Assembly: GCF_009914755.1 (NCBI RefSeq)
Contig: NC_060940.1
Length of the DNA: 64,000 bases
Source of the DNA: the human T2T-CHM13v2.0 reference genome, Homo sapiens
Direction: 5' to 3' (one strand)
Part shown: positions 14,560-32,131 of the stretch, in pieces
How the letters are laid out: each line of letters opens with the position of its first letter
Position numbering within the stretch: the first letter of the stretch is position 1
The notes under the pieces: generated by a model
What the model saw: the letters and a program-made list of their open reading frames with translations, nothing else
What the model was told of the DNA's origin: nothing
The model's database searches: none
Translations under genes and position numbers: made by a program

Positions 14560-16457
14560 AAGGCAGGCTTTTTTCAGCTGAGGTTCACCTTGGAGGATCA
14601 TTGCAGCAGCCAGGGGAACAAGGCCTTCACCCAAAGCACATATCTGAATTGTGCATCACAACAAGGACACATAATGCAAAAAAAAAAAAAAAAAAAAAGG
14701 CATTTTATTTGATGCTGAATACAAAATGTTTTACTGTCTCTCTTCTTTATGAGGCCTCTGGGCCTCTCTCAGCAGCCTTTTCACCTCTGTCCCTAGCCCT
14801 CGCCAGCACTTTGTCTCTGCTTTGCTGCCCTCACCATTATAAGAGTCACAAACAGTTTTCTTTACCAGATCAGCTTAATTCTCATTTTTCATAACCTCAT
14901 CCACATCTTAATTTCCTTCTTTCTTCTGGACGTTTCTCCCTTCTCTGTCTGCTCCTCTTCTGCCTTTTGTAGCAGAAATTTATTATCCCACTTGGTTCCT
15001 TTATTTTATTTTATTTTTTCTAGCTACCACCGAAAGCGTGACCTGCATTTTCCAAAGCAAGGCAGACAGTTTTGAACCACAACCGACATAGGTTAAGCTC
15101 TGCTAAACTCTATGACATGAGGATTATAAATTAAAGGTCAATCCATTCTTTCACATGGTTGCTATTGGGGAAAAAAAAACTCTTGAAATGTACTAAATTC
15201 AGATAAATTGGAATCTTACGTCAAGGCTACAGAAGAAAGGCTGCTGTTGGAATAAAGATCTGCTTCCAAGAGCGTATTTAGGCACATCTTGCCTCTGGTG
15301 ATTTGTCTCTGACCCCATCTCCTTAATCAGACATCTGTTCATCCTCCTGCCTGTAGAGTAGATGGTCATCAGAGGCCCCCACACCCATTTCTATCCCCAG
15401 CTTATAGCTCAGACCTATGGCAGGCAGGGTCTGTTTGACTTGGGGAGATTTTGCAAAGAAGTGAGTTTCCATCCCCTCATGGCAGCAGTACATAGAGTGA
15501 CAAAGAGCTGACCCCCAGGTCAACAGCCAAGAGTGAGAGTAGCCCTGTTAACACCAGAAAACACTAACCACGGACCTTGCTCTGCCAAGACAAGAGATGT
15601 TCTGCCACCCCGAGTTAAGCTGCTTGACAGAAATACGACATAGACCCAGCCAGGAATGCATTTCTAACAGTTACTTCCATTTGCTTTTTACAAAACACCA
15701 GCATGCATATTATCTCATTTCGGCTCATCAACAATCCTGTCAGGTAGGTGGAGCTGGATTATTATTTCTATAACATTTTATTTCGTTGTGCAAGACAGCG
15801 TGTATACAATGCAGCCATGCTGTACCTATGCTATCCAAAAGCAAGCGTAGAAACATGCAATCCAAAAGAACCAGGTCTCATGCTAAGGCAATCACAAGCC
15901 TGCCCAGGATCCAGATGGTGTTGCAAAATCCACCTTCCCTTCTCCCTTGGGTCTCCTTTTAGTCTGAAGAAGCCACGTCTAATTAAACCAGAAAGACCCA
16001 CATTCTCATCTCCCTCCCTCTTCCTCTTATATGTCCCTGCCATTTCTGCTGGTTAGTGCTTTTTTCCCTACCTATGCTTTGGTGTGGAAATTCATTCTGT
16101 TTCTGGAAGCCATAGCAAGAAAAACTCACTTCCCCTGATTCCTTATAGCCCCTTCTTCACCACCCTTGCTTCTCTGTCCTGGGAGATACATTTGCCCCTT
16201 GGCCTGAGGCCAGCAAATTCCATATGCCCCACATTCAGAATAAAGTAAACATGAAGTCCAGCCTCTCTCTCAATATTTTTGATCACCTCTCGTAGAATAA
16301 CATCATTGGGCTGTGATGCTGAAGACCCCATCCACCAGCTGCGACAACAGAGAGGAAGGAACACCCTCTCTTTCCATGTTTGTCTACTATTGGAAATATG
16401 GAAGATGCAGAAAAGTAGGAAAGATGCTGATAATCTCACCAGTCAGTGATCATCACC

Positions 16458-16780
16458 TGTTAAATAAAATTTGTAAGAGGACATTTATTTGAACTCAGCT
16501 CCTGTACTGAACCCAACAGACAAAACCAATATGGAGCCATTCATGCTCAATGAAACTCATTAACTTGGGAGTCTACTCAGAACTGAGTTTGAGTTAGTTA
16601 CAGCAGCTGAGCTTTAGTCAATTGCAGGTGGCCAGTTGATTCAAACAAGATGGAAACACAGAGCTGTAACCAATGAAGTTGTTCTTTTTCCTCACTTTCA
16701 TTTTTCTGCCCATCGATGCTGTCTGACCACGTAGCAGGCAGAGCATCTTTGAACCCATCCAGTTCACTGAACCATTTATT
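16458..16780 (+). mobile_element. ERV1 LTR fragment (MER57-group-like)
   Basis: tgttaaataaaatt start; aactcagctcctgtact...aacagacaaaaccaatatggag; gagctgtaaccaat. Confidence 0.7.
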
Positions 16781-17093
16781 TAAAGGATGAGAGCTCTGAG
16801 TCCAGAGAAAGGAGGTACCTTTGTCAAAGCCACATTCAGTATTTGAACCTGACCTGTTCAGTGGAAAGCCCAGGCTCTGAAAAACATCACCCAAGTCATC
16901 CCAGAATGCAGAAACCTCAGACTGCCACCCCCAACTGAATTTGGGTTTTAGTTGTAGGAAATGAACCAAACTTCTTTCCCTCCCTGAGTTCTGAAAGTGA
17001 CTCCTCTCATTCACTCACAATCTCATTCTCAGAACCTTGCAGAACATCCATCTAATAATACTCAGAGAGTTTATAAGATACCAATACTCTATA

Positions 17094-17313
17094 GCAGTTC
17101 TGTCTAATAAAAACACAATGTGAGCCACGAATGTCATTTTAAATATTCTAGTAGCCATATTAAACAAGTGAAAAGAGACAGGTGATGTCAATTTTTAAAT
17201 TAGTTTTCTTTAACCCAATAGGACCAAAATATTATTTCAGTATATGCCACCAACCACATTGCAAGCACTCAAAAGCCACATGTGGCCAATGGGTACTGTA
17301 TTGGAAACTGTAT
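17094..17313 (+). mobile_element. MER33 (hAT-Charlie), internally deleted
   Basis: aatgtgagccac...ttctagtagccatattaaa...aagccacatgtggcc. Confidence 0.8.
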
Positions 17314-17334
17314 AGGACAGTTTTATAGAATGGT

Positions 17335-17495
17335 GTGCAGTGTGCATTAGAATAAACCAGAAATCTTACTACATGCAAACTCCTGGGACCCATTCTTCAA
17401 GGTTCTGATTCAGTGGGTCAGCGAAGAGATCTGCATTTTTAGCAAGTTCTCCCAAGTGACTCCAAAGAAAGCTTTCTGCAGAATACACACTGATG
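17335..17495. mobile_element. MER5-type fragment
   Basis: ttctgattcagtgggtc...atctgcatttttagcaagttctcccaagtga. Confidence 0.6.
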
Positions 17496-18280
17496 TAGGA
17501 GATTTTTCAGGGCAGAGTAGAAGTTTCACCTGACCCTCAGGCGCCAGAATAACTCATAGGATCTACATCCCTAAGAGGAGGCACCAGTACAATTTTCACC
17601 ATTCTCTGACTCAGTAAGTGGATTTGATGGGTGTATGTGATGATATAGGTGCCCCAGATTAATAGGACATCAGGACTTTGGGTTGGGCCCATGGATTCTT
17701 GCATCATCATTTATATTTGCACCATGACGCATTTCTTCAAATGATGCTTGAGGTATGATTCTAATACACGGGGAAGGAGCTCAGACAGAATCCCATTCCC
17801 TTCAAAGCAAGACAACTTTGAACGGCTGTGTATCTACCTAATGGCTTCTCTTTGTTTTATTCAAGAGTCTACTAACTGGGTAAGGCGACTTCCTACACAC
17901 AGACATGCCTCCAGGCTTGGACTCAGTTACAAACAAGGAAGGACAAGGGTAGGAATGGTCAGCCTGGGTTTTCCTTCTTGTAATGTTTCTCGAAGCATCG
18001 TCTGAGGACCAGATAGACCAGATAGGGCAGTGATGCTAGGCATGCAATAGACAGTCCTGCAAATTCGCAAAGTCCTCCTCTAGAGACAGATTCATATGGT
18101 CAGGTGTAGACTCAGAATCTCCAAGGTCCAGTACCCCCAACACCCTCTTCCCCTAGGTTATTCTGATGCAGGGGATTAGGGTGAAACCAGTGGAACCCAT
18201 ATATACCTCACTGGTCTCATCAGAATGAAACTACAAAAGTCAGTAATACCTCTCTCTTTTTAAACTTTAATTATACATGA

Positions 18281-18729
18281 ACTATTCACAACAGCAAAGG
18301 CATGGAATCAACCTAAATGTCCATTGATGATAGACTGGATAAAGAAAATATGGTACACGTACACCATGGAATACTATGCAGCCATATAAAAGAACAAGAT
18401 CATGTTGTTTGTAGCAACATGGAAGAAACTGGAAGCCATTATCCTTAGCAAACTAATGTAGGAATAGAAAACCAAATACCGCGTGTTCTCACTTATAAGT
18501 GGGAGCTAAATGATGAGAACTCATAAACATAAAGAAGGGAACGGCAGACACTGGGGTCTACATGAGTGGAGGGTGGGAGGAGAGAGAGGATAAAAAAAAT
18601 ACCTCTCAGGTACTATGCTTATTAGCTGGGTGACAAAATTATCTGTACACCAAACCCCCAAGACACACGGCTTACCTATATAACGAATCTGCATATGTAC
18701 CCCTGAACCTAAAATAAAAGTTTAAAAAA
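18281..18729 (+). mobile_element. L1PA15/16-like 3' end
   Basis: Typical 3'UTR ending cccctgaacctaaaataaaagttt. Confidence 0.9.
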
Positions 18730-19520
<791 letters not shown>

Positions 19521-19919
19521 TGTGCTTAGGGAATAATGAATATAAAACCACCAATCTTGAGCCCACAGGTCCTCATTCAAACTCAGAATCTTTTAAGGAA
19601 CGAATTCTCTGACTCTTTTCCAGCTGCAGTTATTTGCAGTGCAAGCTCCTGTTAGTCTGCTGCTCACCAGGAATATTCAAAAGCACAACTCCACCTTCAT
19701 GCCAAGGCCTATCTCCCCCAACCCCAGAGAGAAAAGATCTCCTTCCCTCTTCCATTCCAAGATCCACTTCATTTCTCAGTTCGAGACTTACCTTTCCCTG
19801 ACAAAACTCAACCAAGAGAACATGCATTATTTTCAGGTCTTGTAGCCCCTGCTCCACCAACAAAAGACTAGAAGCTGGCTTCATGGCTGGCACAGGTCAC
19901 TAAGTCCCTCTTCCCTCAA

Positions 19920-20930
<1,011 letters not shown>

Positions 20931-22619
20931 TTAATGAGTTAACCAACAGTACACAGGCCAAACTCTGCTTTTTAAAAAAAAATCCCATTTAGGGAACCAG
21001 CAGGGAAATAGGGCGTATGCTGGGTCAAACTCCATCCATTGGTCCTCTAACATATGTCAGTATGGTCCTCCCTACCACAATTATTTCATTAGTGATTTTG
21101 GCCCATCATGGACTGCAAACAGGGCTTAAACAAGGTCATACACCTGCACACACAGCCCAAGACAATGTCCAGGCATATAGCGGTCTATATTCAGATCCAG
21201 AAAAGAAATCTAACTTTAAGATGGCTCAGCTCTGCCACTGTGTTCATTTTATATTGCTAGAAGTAGATTTAACATCCAGTCTGAAGCATCTGCATTATGG
21301 TTTCTTTAGTATACTTAGAGATTCTCCAAGACTATTGGGAGGTATTTGCCTGCCATCTGCACAGCTAGTTGGAGCCTCCAAAATGGTCCTTCCAGAAGAA
21401 ATAAAAGGACTGTCTATAAAGCAAATTTCGAACTCCTCCTAAAAATAAAAACTGATTATCACCCCCAAATTGGCAGTTAGTTCCAGATTTAAAAACTTGA
21501 ACTCTAATCTTCACCTGACATTCCTGTTACTCTGAAATGCCAGTATGCTAATGAGAACAATGCAGCGTGCAGACTGGCCTTGTTTCCCTGAGCATCTTTG
21601 CAGGTGGTTGTCTTTTGCCGCGTCTGGAAAGCATTTTTATTTTGGGGCTCTGCTTTCTCAGTTGGTCTGCCCACGGTCCAGGTCTGGGATTTCAGGTTAA
21701 TTTCTGGATGTGTACAAGCGACTAGACTACTTTGACCCCTTCAGACATCATGAAACATTAGCTTCACAGACATTAACCAAAACTGGGTATTCAATGCCAG
21801 CTCATTTTGAAGCCCAAAACATTGGATAACGTTTCAAGTATATCCTTCTCTTGGCAAGACAGTGACAGGAGAGCCCTTTAGGGTAGATTTTGTAGGTTTC
21901 CAATCACTACAGTGGCCACTGCTGTATATTATTAAATAGTTTTAGGAAATATGGCATGCAATACAGGGTGGAAAGAAAAACCAGGTCTGTTACCTGGATT
22001 CAACAAAATCCTAAGCTAGCAGGCTCAACTGATATTGCAAAAACCGACTTGCAAACAGTGCTGTCTTCCTCGTCAGTGTGTTTCCAGGACAGTTTCTTGA
22101 TAAACCAAGTTAGTGGTTGAAGAAAGGAAGAACAAGCTAAGGAGTTATGGAGGCACAGGTCTCTTGATTTGGAGCAGGAGTCATTGGAAGAGGTCAATTG
22201 TCAAACGGCAGCCTGATCTGGTCGCAGGCTGTCCTAGGATTCAGCCTGAATGTATTGTCATCCATCACAGGGAAAGCCCAATAAATCCTTCCTCCTTGAG
22301 CATTTGTAACTCAGCTTCTGTTTCTAAATCCATAAATCCAGGAGGTAAACAGGGATAGCATCTCTCATTTCTCCTACACACACAATTCCTTTTGGCCCTG
22401 CACCAATCAGTGGGACCAGTTCACATGCTTATACTTTGCACTTCAGGTCTCTGAAATCTTTCATCATCACGCCACAGCCATCATCACCAACATCAACAAT
22501 TTGCATTTACACTCTTTAAAGTATTTTACATTTATTATCGAATCTGACCCAATCAGATCATCCCCATTTTATACAGGAATAACTGGAGATCCTAAAGTCA
22601 ATTTATACCAACAGCAGTA

Positions 22620-24150
22620 ATGAGAGCATCCACTCATCACACCCTAGCTAGGACTAGACGTTTTAACGTTTTAACTGGACAATTTGAAAGGTAAAATGTC
22701 ATCTTTCCAGTTTCCAATTATGTGATGCCTATTAAAGATCAATATTTTCTTAATATGCTTATGGGTCATTTGTATTTCTCGCTTTGGAAATTAACTTTTT
22801 ATGCCCTTTGCACATTTTTCTTTCAGATTTTTTAAAGATTTTTTACATCATAAAACTATTAATCTTTGCAATATTAATTGTAAGTCTCTCCCTCCCCCAT
22901 TGCCTCTTGCCCTTTAATTTTGCTCAACGTGCTTTGTCGTACAAAGCTCTATTTTTTTTAATTGAATCCATTACTATTTTTCTCGTTGATTTTTTTCTGA
23001 GTTTTATGCTTGGAAAAATCCTATCTCAAACTGAGATATAGATTTGTCCTTATTTTATTCTTTCTGTTTTGGTTCTTACAGATTTTTGAATATTTATCTG
23101 TTTAATTCATTTGAAATGTATTTGGGAACATAACATAATAGTGAAGATATACATTGATTGCTTCTTTCCCCCTAAATAACCAATTTTTCTAACACGACTT
23201 CTTAAATTTACCCATTTCCATTGGCCCATGGTGCCTTCTTTGTCATAGTCTCATATGATACGTATGTTCAGGTTTTAGTACATAGTGTTTCATTTCTTTC
23301 ATTGATTATTTATTGTGCCAATGCCACATTATTTTCATTGTTTCAGCCATATAAAACGTTTTCTAATTTGGTTGGGCAATTACCTTTGTTGTCAAAATGT
23401 CATCGAATCATCATTTTTCTTTTTTCCAAAATGTCTTTAGTCTCACCCGGTAATTCTTTCAGGTGGGCTTTGGTACAATTTCTGCAAGATCCTTAGAAGT
23501 CTCAATAGGATTTTGATTGAAATATTGTGAACTTATATATAAATTTTTAAATAATTGACACCTTGGCAATGTCTAATCCCCTCATTTTAAAAAGAGGTAT
23601 TTTTTAAAGATATACTCCTCAGTCAAATTGTATATATTTATCAATATATATTACTTAAATTTACCATTGTGATTACTTCTAAGTGTGTGTGGCAGCTATG
23701 GATGAATCATTTTTCTGCTATGACTTACAGTTAATTATTGGTGATACCTTAAATGTTTTGCTTTAAAGATTTGTCTATCCACTGCGCTGAATTCCCTACA
23801 GATTTAAAATTTTTTTATTATCTTCAGTTTCCTAGGTATCAATTAATATAATCTGCAAGTAAACAATTAAAAGTTCTCTATTTAATAGTTGTAGCTCTTA
23901 TTTCTGTTTTCTACATTGTTACATTATTGCAAACTTCCAAATTAATTAGGGAAGAAAATGTCTTTGGGAATCTTTATAATTTTAATGGGAATGCTTTGTG
24001 TATTTCTCTATCATCAAAGATGTTGACTCTTATTTTAAATTAATATTTTATTATATTAAGAAAGTAACCAATTGCTCCTCACTTTGATTAATTTTCATGA
24101 GTAACTAGTGTGGAATTTTATCTAGTGGTTTTTTTTGACATTTTGGTCTA
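22620..24150 (-). mobile_element. Old L1M (L1ME-type) ORF2 remnant
   Basis: T-rich, diverged reverse L1 text (ggattttgattga; tatataatctgcaa; aagatgttgact). Confidence 0.6.
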
Positions 24151-24609
24151 TCATCATATTTATTGGACTTAGAAGCGGGATGCATTACATTTAAGTTAGC
24201 TTAAAACACACATTAATGTATATTTCTTAAATAAGATTTTTCACTTGAAATATTTAGCATTGTGCGTAGAACATAATAGGAATGTAATAACTGTTTCCCT
24301 TGTAAAATTGCTTTTATTATCATTGATACTATTTATCAAAGACTAGAATGAAACAGCACCTGTTGACACACCAAGAGACAGAATTAGCATGCTTTTTTTT
24401 CCTTATTTTTATGCCTTTTTTTTTTGTTTTCTCCAACACGTCTTGTCTTTCCAAACAGGTATCAACATTCATAATTAATTTTATTGTCAAAATATTTGCG
24501 TTCTCAAGTTTTCTATTGTAAGTATCCTTCCAGGTGGCTGGAATTAATCTTGAAGCATTGCTTTAAAGGAATAGTTAGATTTGTTTTTCTAAGCCATTGC
24601 ATACGCTAG

Positions 24610-24939
<330 letters not shown>

Positions 24940-25407
24940 TAAAAACCTTTTTCAGCAAGTGCTCTATCATGACAAACATCACCACCACAAAACAGAGATC
25001 AGCCAGTGGCAAGTAGTCATTGAACTCTGGAAGGAAGAGGGGGAAAAAAAAACAAAACAAAAAACAAAAAACATTTCTCTTTAACTGTTTATAAATATCA
25101 GGCTTTCTCTGCTCTGCACATCAAAATAATTTTGTAGTTCTCAATTCAGTTCCATCAGTCCTATGATTGGTGGAATTTTCTTTCAGATTTTGACAACAGT
25201 TTCAGTATCAGCTTGGGTTTTCAAGGTTGTATGAGTTTTCATTTTTCTATGTCTTCTTAGGGTCTTTTAATACGAAGTTGGAAAAGACTGTGTCCAGTAT
25301 CATTTTTAAACAGGCGCCAATTGATCATGTTCGACATAGCACTATATAACTTTTTGGCAGTTTAGAAGAGTTCGGGCATTATCCTAGTATCAGACAGACC
25401 TCAGATT

Positions 25408-26000
25408 GTGTATTAGTTGAGAATCTTTTTGTTTGGTGGAACAAAAACCCCAAATTAAAGTGGCTGAAGCAATCAATAGAATTCAGAGATTCGCGTGACT
25501 AAAACATCCACAAGAGGGCTTCAGGTAAGACTTGTGCTAATGGAACCAACAATATCACCAAAGTCCTGGTATCTGTCCATCTCTCTTTTCTGTCCTTCCC
25601 AGAGTAGCACGTATACGGGGCCCTGCCTCATGGCAGCAAAATGGCTGCAGGAGCATCCACTTTCATATCTTCACACTGCACCCTCCAGGGAAAGAAGCAA
25701 GAATCATCTGAAGGCTTCTGCAAAGTAAAAGTGAATTTCTCTAGAAGGTTCAAAACTTATCTCCTTGCATCTTTGTGGCTCTTCGGGATGAGATGCCCAT
25801 TCCAAAACCAATTACTGTAGCCAGGAGGTGAAATGCATTGGTTTAAACCAATCATAGCCCACCCCTGACAGAAGAGTCAGTCCCACTCAAAGTGCACAGC
25901 TGAAATAGGCAAGACGCTAAGTTACTCAAGGGGAAATCATGACCCCTGTGGGAAGAAGAAGAGTAATGGTTGATGAGGCAATCAATAAGCATCCACTTAG
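25408..26000 (-). mobile_element. Old MaLR LTR (MLT1J/K/L-like)
   Basis: tgtattagtt...aaaaaccccaaattaaagtggct; ggcagcaaaatggctgc; aaccaattactgtagccagg. Confidence 0.65.
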
Positions 26001-26027
26001 TACAAGTGGTACCTACACCTCTCATCT

Positions 26028-27260
<1,233 letters not shown>

Positions 27261-27299
27261 CAAATTAAGCGGGGATGGGAAAAAAAAGAACTATCACTC

Positions 27300-27480
27300 T
27301 TCAAGATGGCTGCTTACTGCCTTTGTGACTTTGAGGAACATACCTGAACTGTCTATACCTCAGCTTCCTCGGCTTCAAATTGCAAATAACAAAGACTCCC
27401 TGAAGGATTGGTTTAGTATTAAATGAGAGGATGCATATGAAGTGCCTAGTACAGTAATGGCATACAGTCCATGCTCTGGA
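27300..27480 (+). mobile_element. MIR
   Basis: gtgactttgagg...cctcagcttcctc...attaaatgag. Confidence 0.7.
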
Positions 27481-27679
27481 AAGATAGCTCCTATAACTTA
27501 TTATTATTTCTTGTTCTTGATGCCTTCTGTGAAAACAAGCTCCTTGAAGATAGAGATCAAGTCCTCCTATATAATAGCCCTAGCCTTTATGGTTTTGCCA
27601 GGATGAGGGAAGGAAGTGTGCCACCCCACAGCTCTATAGAAAGCCTTAATGTGGCTTGTTAGAAAAGTGAGCAGCCTAG

Positions 27680-28133
<454 letters not shown>

Positions 28134-28328
28134 TGACGTGTGTTTTTATGGAAGCTTGATCAAGGTGTTTTATCCCTGGCTATGAGGGAAACCTTAGAAT
28201 GGTCAGATTCAGGATGGTCTTCTAAAAAGAACTTTAAGGAAAATATTAGGGTCATTATCAAAATCTCTATAATCTCTATACCAGCAAAGAAGTAAATACT
28301 TGTCTTTAAAAAAAAAAAGGAGGAGGGT

Positions 28329-28630
<302 letters not shown>

Positions 28631-28729
28631 GAGGAGGGTGCAGTACAAGTGAGTTATTTATAGGAGGAATAGAGAGGGGACCATTTTATAGCTGCCTTCC
28701 TTTTTATGAGTTTGATGTAATTCCCATAG

Positions 28730-28905
28730 GTACACAGACGGTCTCACATACATAGACACACACACATGGACACAAACACACTCACAGATAATCCTCACAA
28801 GCCCACTAAATGGAAATAAGAGAGGCAAAGAGAAAAAAGAAAATATACACACACACAAGTACAGAGGCAAACAAATCAAGAGAGATGGACACAGACGCCA
28901 GCACA
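28730..28905. repeat. Degenerate CA/GA-rich low complexity
   Basis: Seen directly. Confidence 0.6.
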
Positions 28906-29267
28906 CTTTCTTAGGTACCCATCAACCTAGCCAGTCTGCACTTCTTGGGAAATGATAGCTGATTCAGCTTAATGGGGAGCACCTGTACTATTGGCTTTGA
29001 AAGATTCCTTGACCAGAAGAAGGCTTAAATATATGACCACTACCCAAGGCAAAGAGATTTAAAGCCTCATGTCAGGCTTCAGCTTGTGGGTCCAGTTAAT
29101 TTTCAGCTTTGGAAAGGGACAGACAAAATCTATCAACCTGGTACGCTCGTCAATCCTCAGTGGTTCATCTGACATCAAGAGAGTGGGGAAGAATAATTTT
29201 TGGGGGCTACCCTTCGAACCTGCGATATCCTCCTACTGGGCTTACCGAATAAGAGGGAAGACAATCA

Positions 29268-29395
29268 AAATAACAGCTCGTAACATATAGTGAGCTCTTA
29301 CCATTTGCCTGGTACCATGCTCTGTTCTGTAAGCACGTCGTCTCATTCTATTTCCACAATAATCCAGCCACATTTTAGAGATTAGAACCAGGACC
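29268..29395 (-). mobile_element. MIR fragment
   Basis: gagctcttaccatttgcctggtacc...tctcattcta. Confidence 0.6.
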
Positions 29396-29969
29396 AGAGT
29401 AAATCCAATTAGCATCATCTGAATCATTTTGATTCATTATGTGTAAGCCAGCCACCCAAAGCATATTTCTATGAAGAAATTACTAACTGGTCACCAGAAT
29501 GAACTAAAGTGTAGGAGCATCCAGATGTAGCATTTGGTTAGGTAGTAAACTTCACAGATTGGAATAAATAATGCATCCAGCCTAAATAACCTCTTAGGCC
29601 AAATCAAGTGGTGCCGAGTTTAAATCTGGATTGGAAATTGAGTCTATGACTCTAAGGGCGTACAGAATCCCCAGTTTACAAAGGGAGCTCCACTTTCCTC
29701 AGTTCCTTTGCTAAGGACACATGAGATTATTTAGCTGCTCTGCAAAGCTGTGGTCAGAGGCAGAAAAGGTAGCACTTCTGGGAATGGGTAGAATCATCTC
29801 GGCCCTGGGTGAGAGGGTACAGAGGAGTTCTAAGTCAGTACTTTTTGGTTGCAAGTAATGATAATCTCTGTATGTCATTGGTGCAGACAAAAAAAAAAAG
29901 ATGAATAAGTAATAGTCATCACACCTACTGCAGCAAAATTTTACCAACATTCAGTAACTAGTGGAAGAG

Positions 29970-30588
29970 TCACTTTTACAATGTTGGTGGCAGTGTAAAT
30001 TAGTTCAACCATTGTGGAAGACAGTGTGGCAATTTCTCAAAGACCTAGAGGCAGAAATACCATTTAACCCAGCAATAAATCATTCAATTATAAAGACACA
30101 TGCATGCGTAAGTTCAATTGCAGTACTATTCACAATAACAAAGACATGGAAGCAACCTAAATGCCCATCAATGATAGACTGGATAAAGAAAATGTGGTAC
30201 AAAGACACCATGGAATATCACGCAGCCATAAAAAGCAATGAGATCATGTCCCTTACAGGAACATGGATGGAGTTGGAAGCCATCATCCTCAGCTAACTAA
30301 CGCAGAAATAGAAAACCAAATACCGCATGTTCTCACTTGTAAGTGGGAACCGAATGATGAGAACACATGGACATATGGGTGGGAACAACACTCCTGTCAG
30401 ACAGTGGGATGCGGGGAGGGAGAGCATCAGGAGGAATAGCTAATGGATGCTGGGCTTAATACCTGGGTGATGGGATGATCTGTGTAGCAAACCACCATGG
30501 CACAGATTTAGTATGTAACAAACCTGCATATCCTGCACATGTACCCCTGATCTTAAAATAAAAGTTGAAGGAAAAAATAATAATAAAA
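29970..30588 (+). mobile_element. L1PA10-13-like 3' end
   Basis: ORF2 C-terminal peptide KTWKQPKCPSMIDWIKKMW; 3'UTR agagcatcaggaggaatagctaatggatgctgggc. Confidence 0.9.
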
Positions 30589-30619
30589 TGCAATCATCAA
30601 GGAAAAAAAATAAAGAAAG

Positions 30620-31060
30620 GACTTAAGTCAAAAGGGAATTAATCGCATTATAAGTACTTAGAAATCTGTCATGGGACCCACAAGCAGGAATGTAGTTACG
30701 CTACAGAAAGAGGCTGACAAATGAAAACCCATCAGTAGCCAGTATCTTTCCACCTCTCACCTGTGCTTCAGAGCCATTCAGAGTCATTCTTTCCCTGCAA
30801 ACATGCAGAACACACAGAAAAGCAGAAAATAAAAAACAGGGGTGTGTGCCTCCGCTCCTGAGCTTCTACAGACCAGCTTGATCGAAGCTAAAATCTTCCA
30901 AATTCCCTGGGAAGAGACCATGATTAGCCCAGCTGGGGTCACGTGGACACTCCTGGTCCAATCAGCTGCAGCCAGGGGGCTCAGATTACATGGTACCATC
31001 ATAGCTGCTGGGATTTGCCCCTGTGCCTCTTTGAATGGGATGGAAAGTTTCCCCAAGAAA
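30620..31060 (-). mobile_element. Old MaLR LTR fragment
   Basis: gattagcccagctggggtcacgtg...tccaatcagctgcagccaggg. Confidence 0.55.
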
Positions 31061-31233
31061 GAAAACTTTTGTCAACTGGTAAGACCCTCAGTCAGTTGTC
31101 TGCTACAAAGATATAGGAGGAGAAGTGGGTAGAGAACAAACTGGTACCTAACGTTTTGGGGTGTTTCTACGTACAAGGCATCATGCCAAGAAAGTACTTA
31201 AAATACATTACGTAAAGTCTTTCTTATTTTTTC

Positions 31234-31378
31234 TTTTTTTTTTTCTTTTTTTGTTTTGTAGAGACAGGGTTTCACCATGTTGCCCAGGCTAGTCTCGGAC
31301 ATCTGGTCTCAAACAATCCACCCACCTCGGCCTCCTAAAGTGCTGGGATTACAGGCACGAGCCACCACGCCCAGGTTG
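31234..31378 (-). mobile_element. Alu left monomer (FLAM_C-like)
   Basis: Monomer with its own tail; 17-bp TSD gtctttcttattttttc. Confidence 0.9.
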
Positions 31379-31729
31379 GTCTTTCTTATTTTTTCAACTT
31401 CTACATCTAAAGCCTTTCTTTTCATAGGGGTTCAAAAGAAGCCCTGGGCACTCAACAAAAAACAAACATCATTCCGTTCCCCTCCGTTCTCCTGCCCCAC
31501 GCTTTGGCCTTTCAAGCCCCATTGTCCCTGCCCCCAAAATATTTATTCTCCCAGTTACAAAGCAAATGGCAACAAACAGTCGCTACTATCTATGTTAGCT
31601 GCAGCCGGTCAAGAATGTCCAGCTATATTTATTTTGAGCCTAACCCACCTACGTGTAATTTCCATTCATCTGGTTCAGTCCTCTGGAAGATAATTTGAAT
31701 CTCTCCTTAACAAGGCATCTATTGAAATC

Positions 31730-32094
31730 TGTGTTAGTGTGTTGGTGTTGCCGTAACAAAGTACTACAGACTGGGTGGCTTAAACAATAGACTTTTTATT
31801 GTCTCACAAGTCTGGAGGCTGGGAGTCTGAGATCAAGGTGTCAGCAGAACTGGTTTCTTCTGATGCCTCCCTCCTTAGCTTGTAGATGGTCATCTTGTCT
31901 CTGTGTATGTGTGGGTCTTAATCTCTTCTTACAAGACAACCAGTCTTATTGAATTAGGGCTGACCCTGATAGCCTCATTTTTAACTTATTTACTTCTTTA
32001 CAGACCATATCACCAAATATATTCACAGTCTGAGGTACTGGGGGTCAGGACTTCAACATATGACTTTTGGGGGTACAGAATTCAGCCAATAACA
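31730..32094 (-). mobile_element. MLT1B-like solo LTR
   Basis: ccgtaacaaagtactacagactgggtggcttaaac...tgaggtactgggggtcaggacttcaacata...aattcagccaataaca. Confidence 0.88.
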
Positions 32095-32131
32095 AAGTCT
32101 TGGAAGGCAGTTCCCATTCTACCCCCAAGTC

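Noticed and set aside
22207-22233. Short hairpin ggcagcctg...caggctgtc
   Set aside because: A 9-bp stem is expected by chance; no similarity to a known ncRNA.
29195-29250. tRNA T-loop-like text on the minus strand (tcgcaggttcgaa)
   Set aside because: No complementary T-stem, acceptor stem or anticodon arm.
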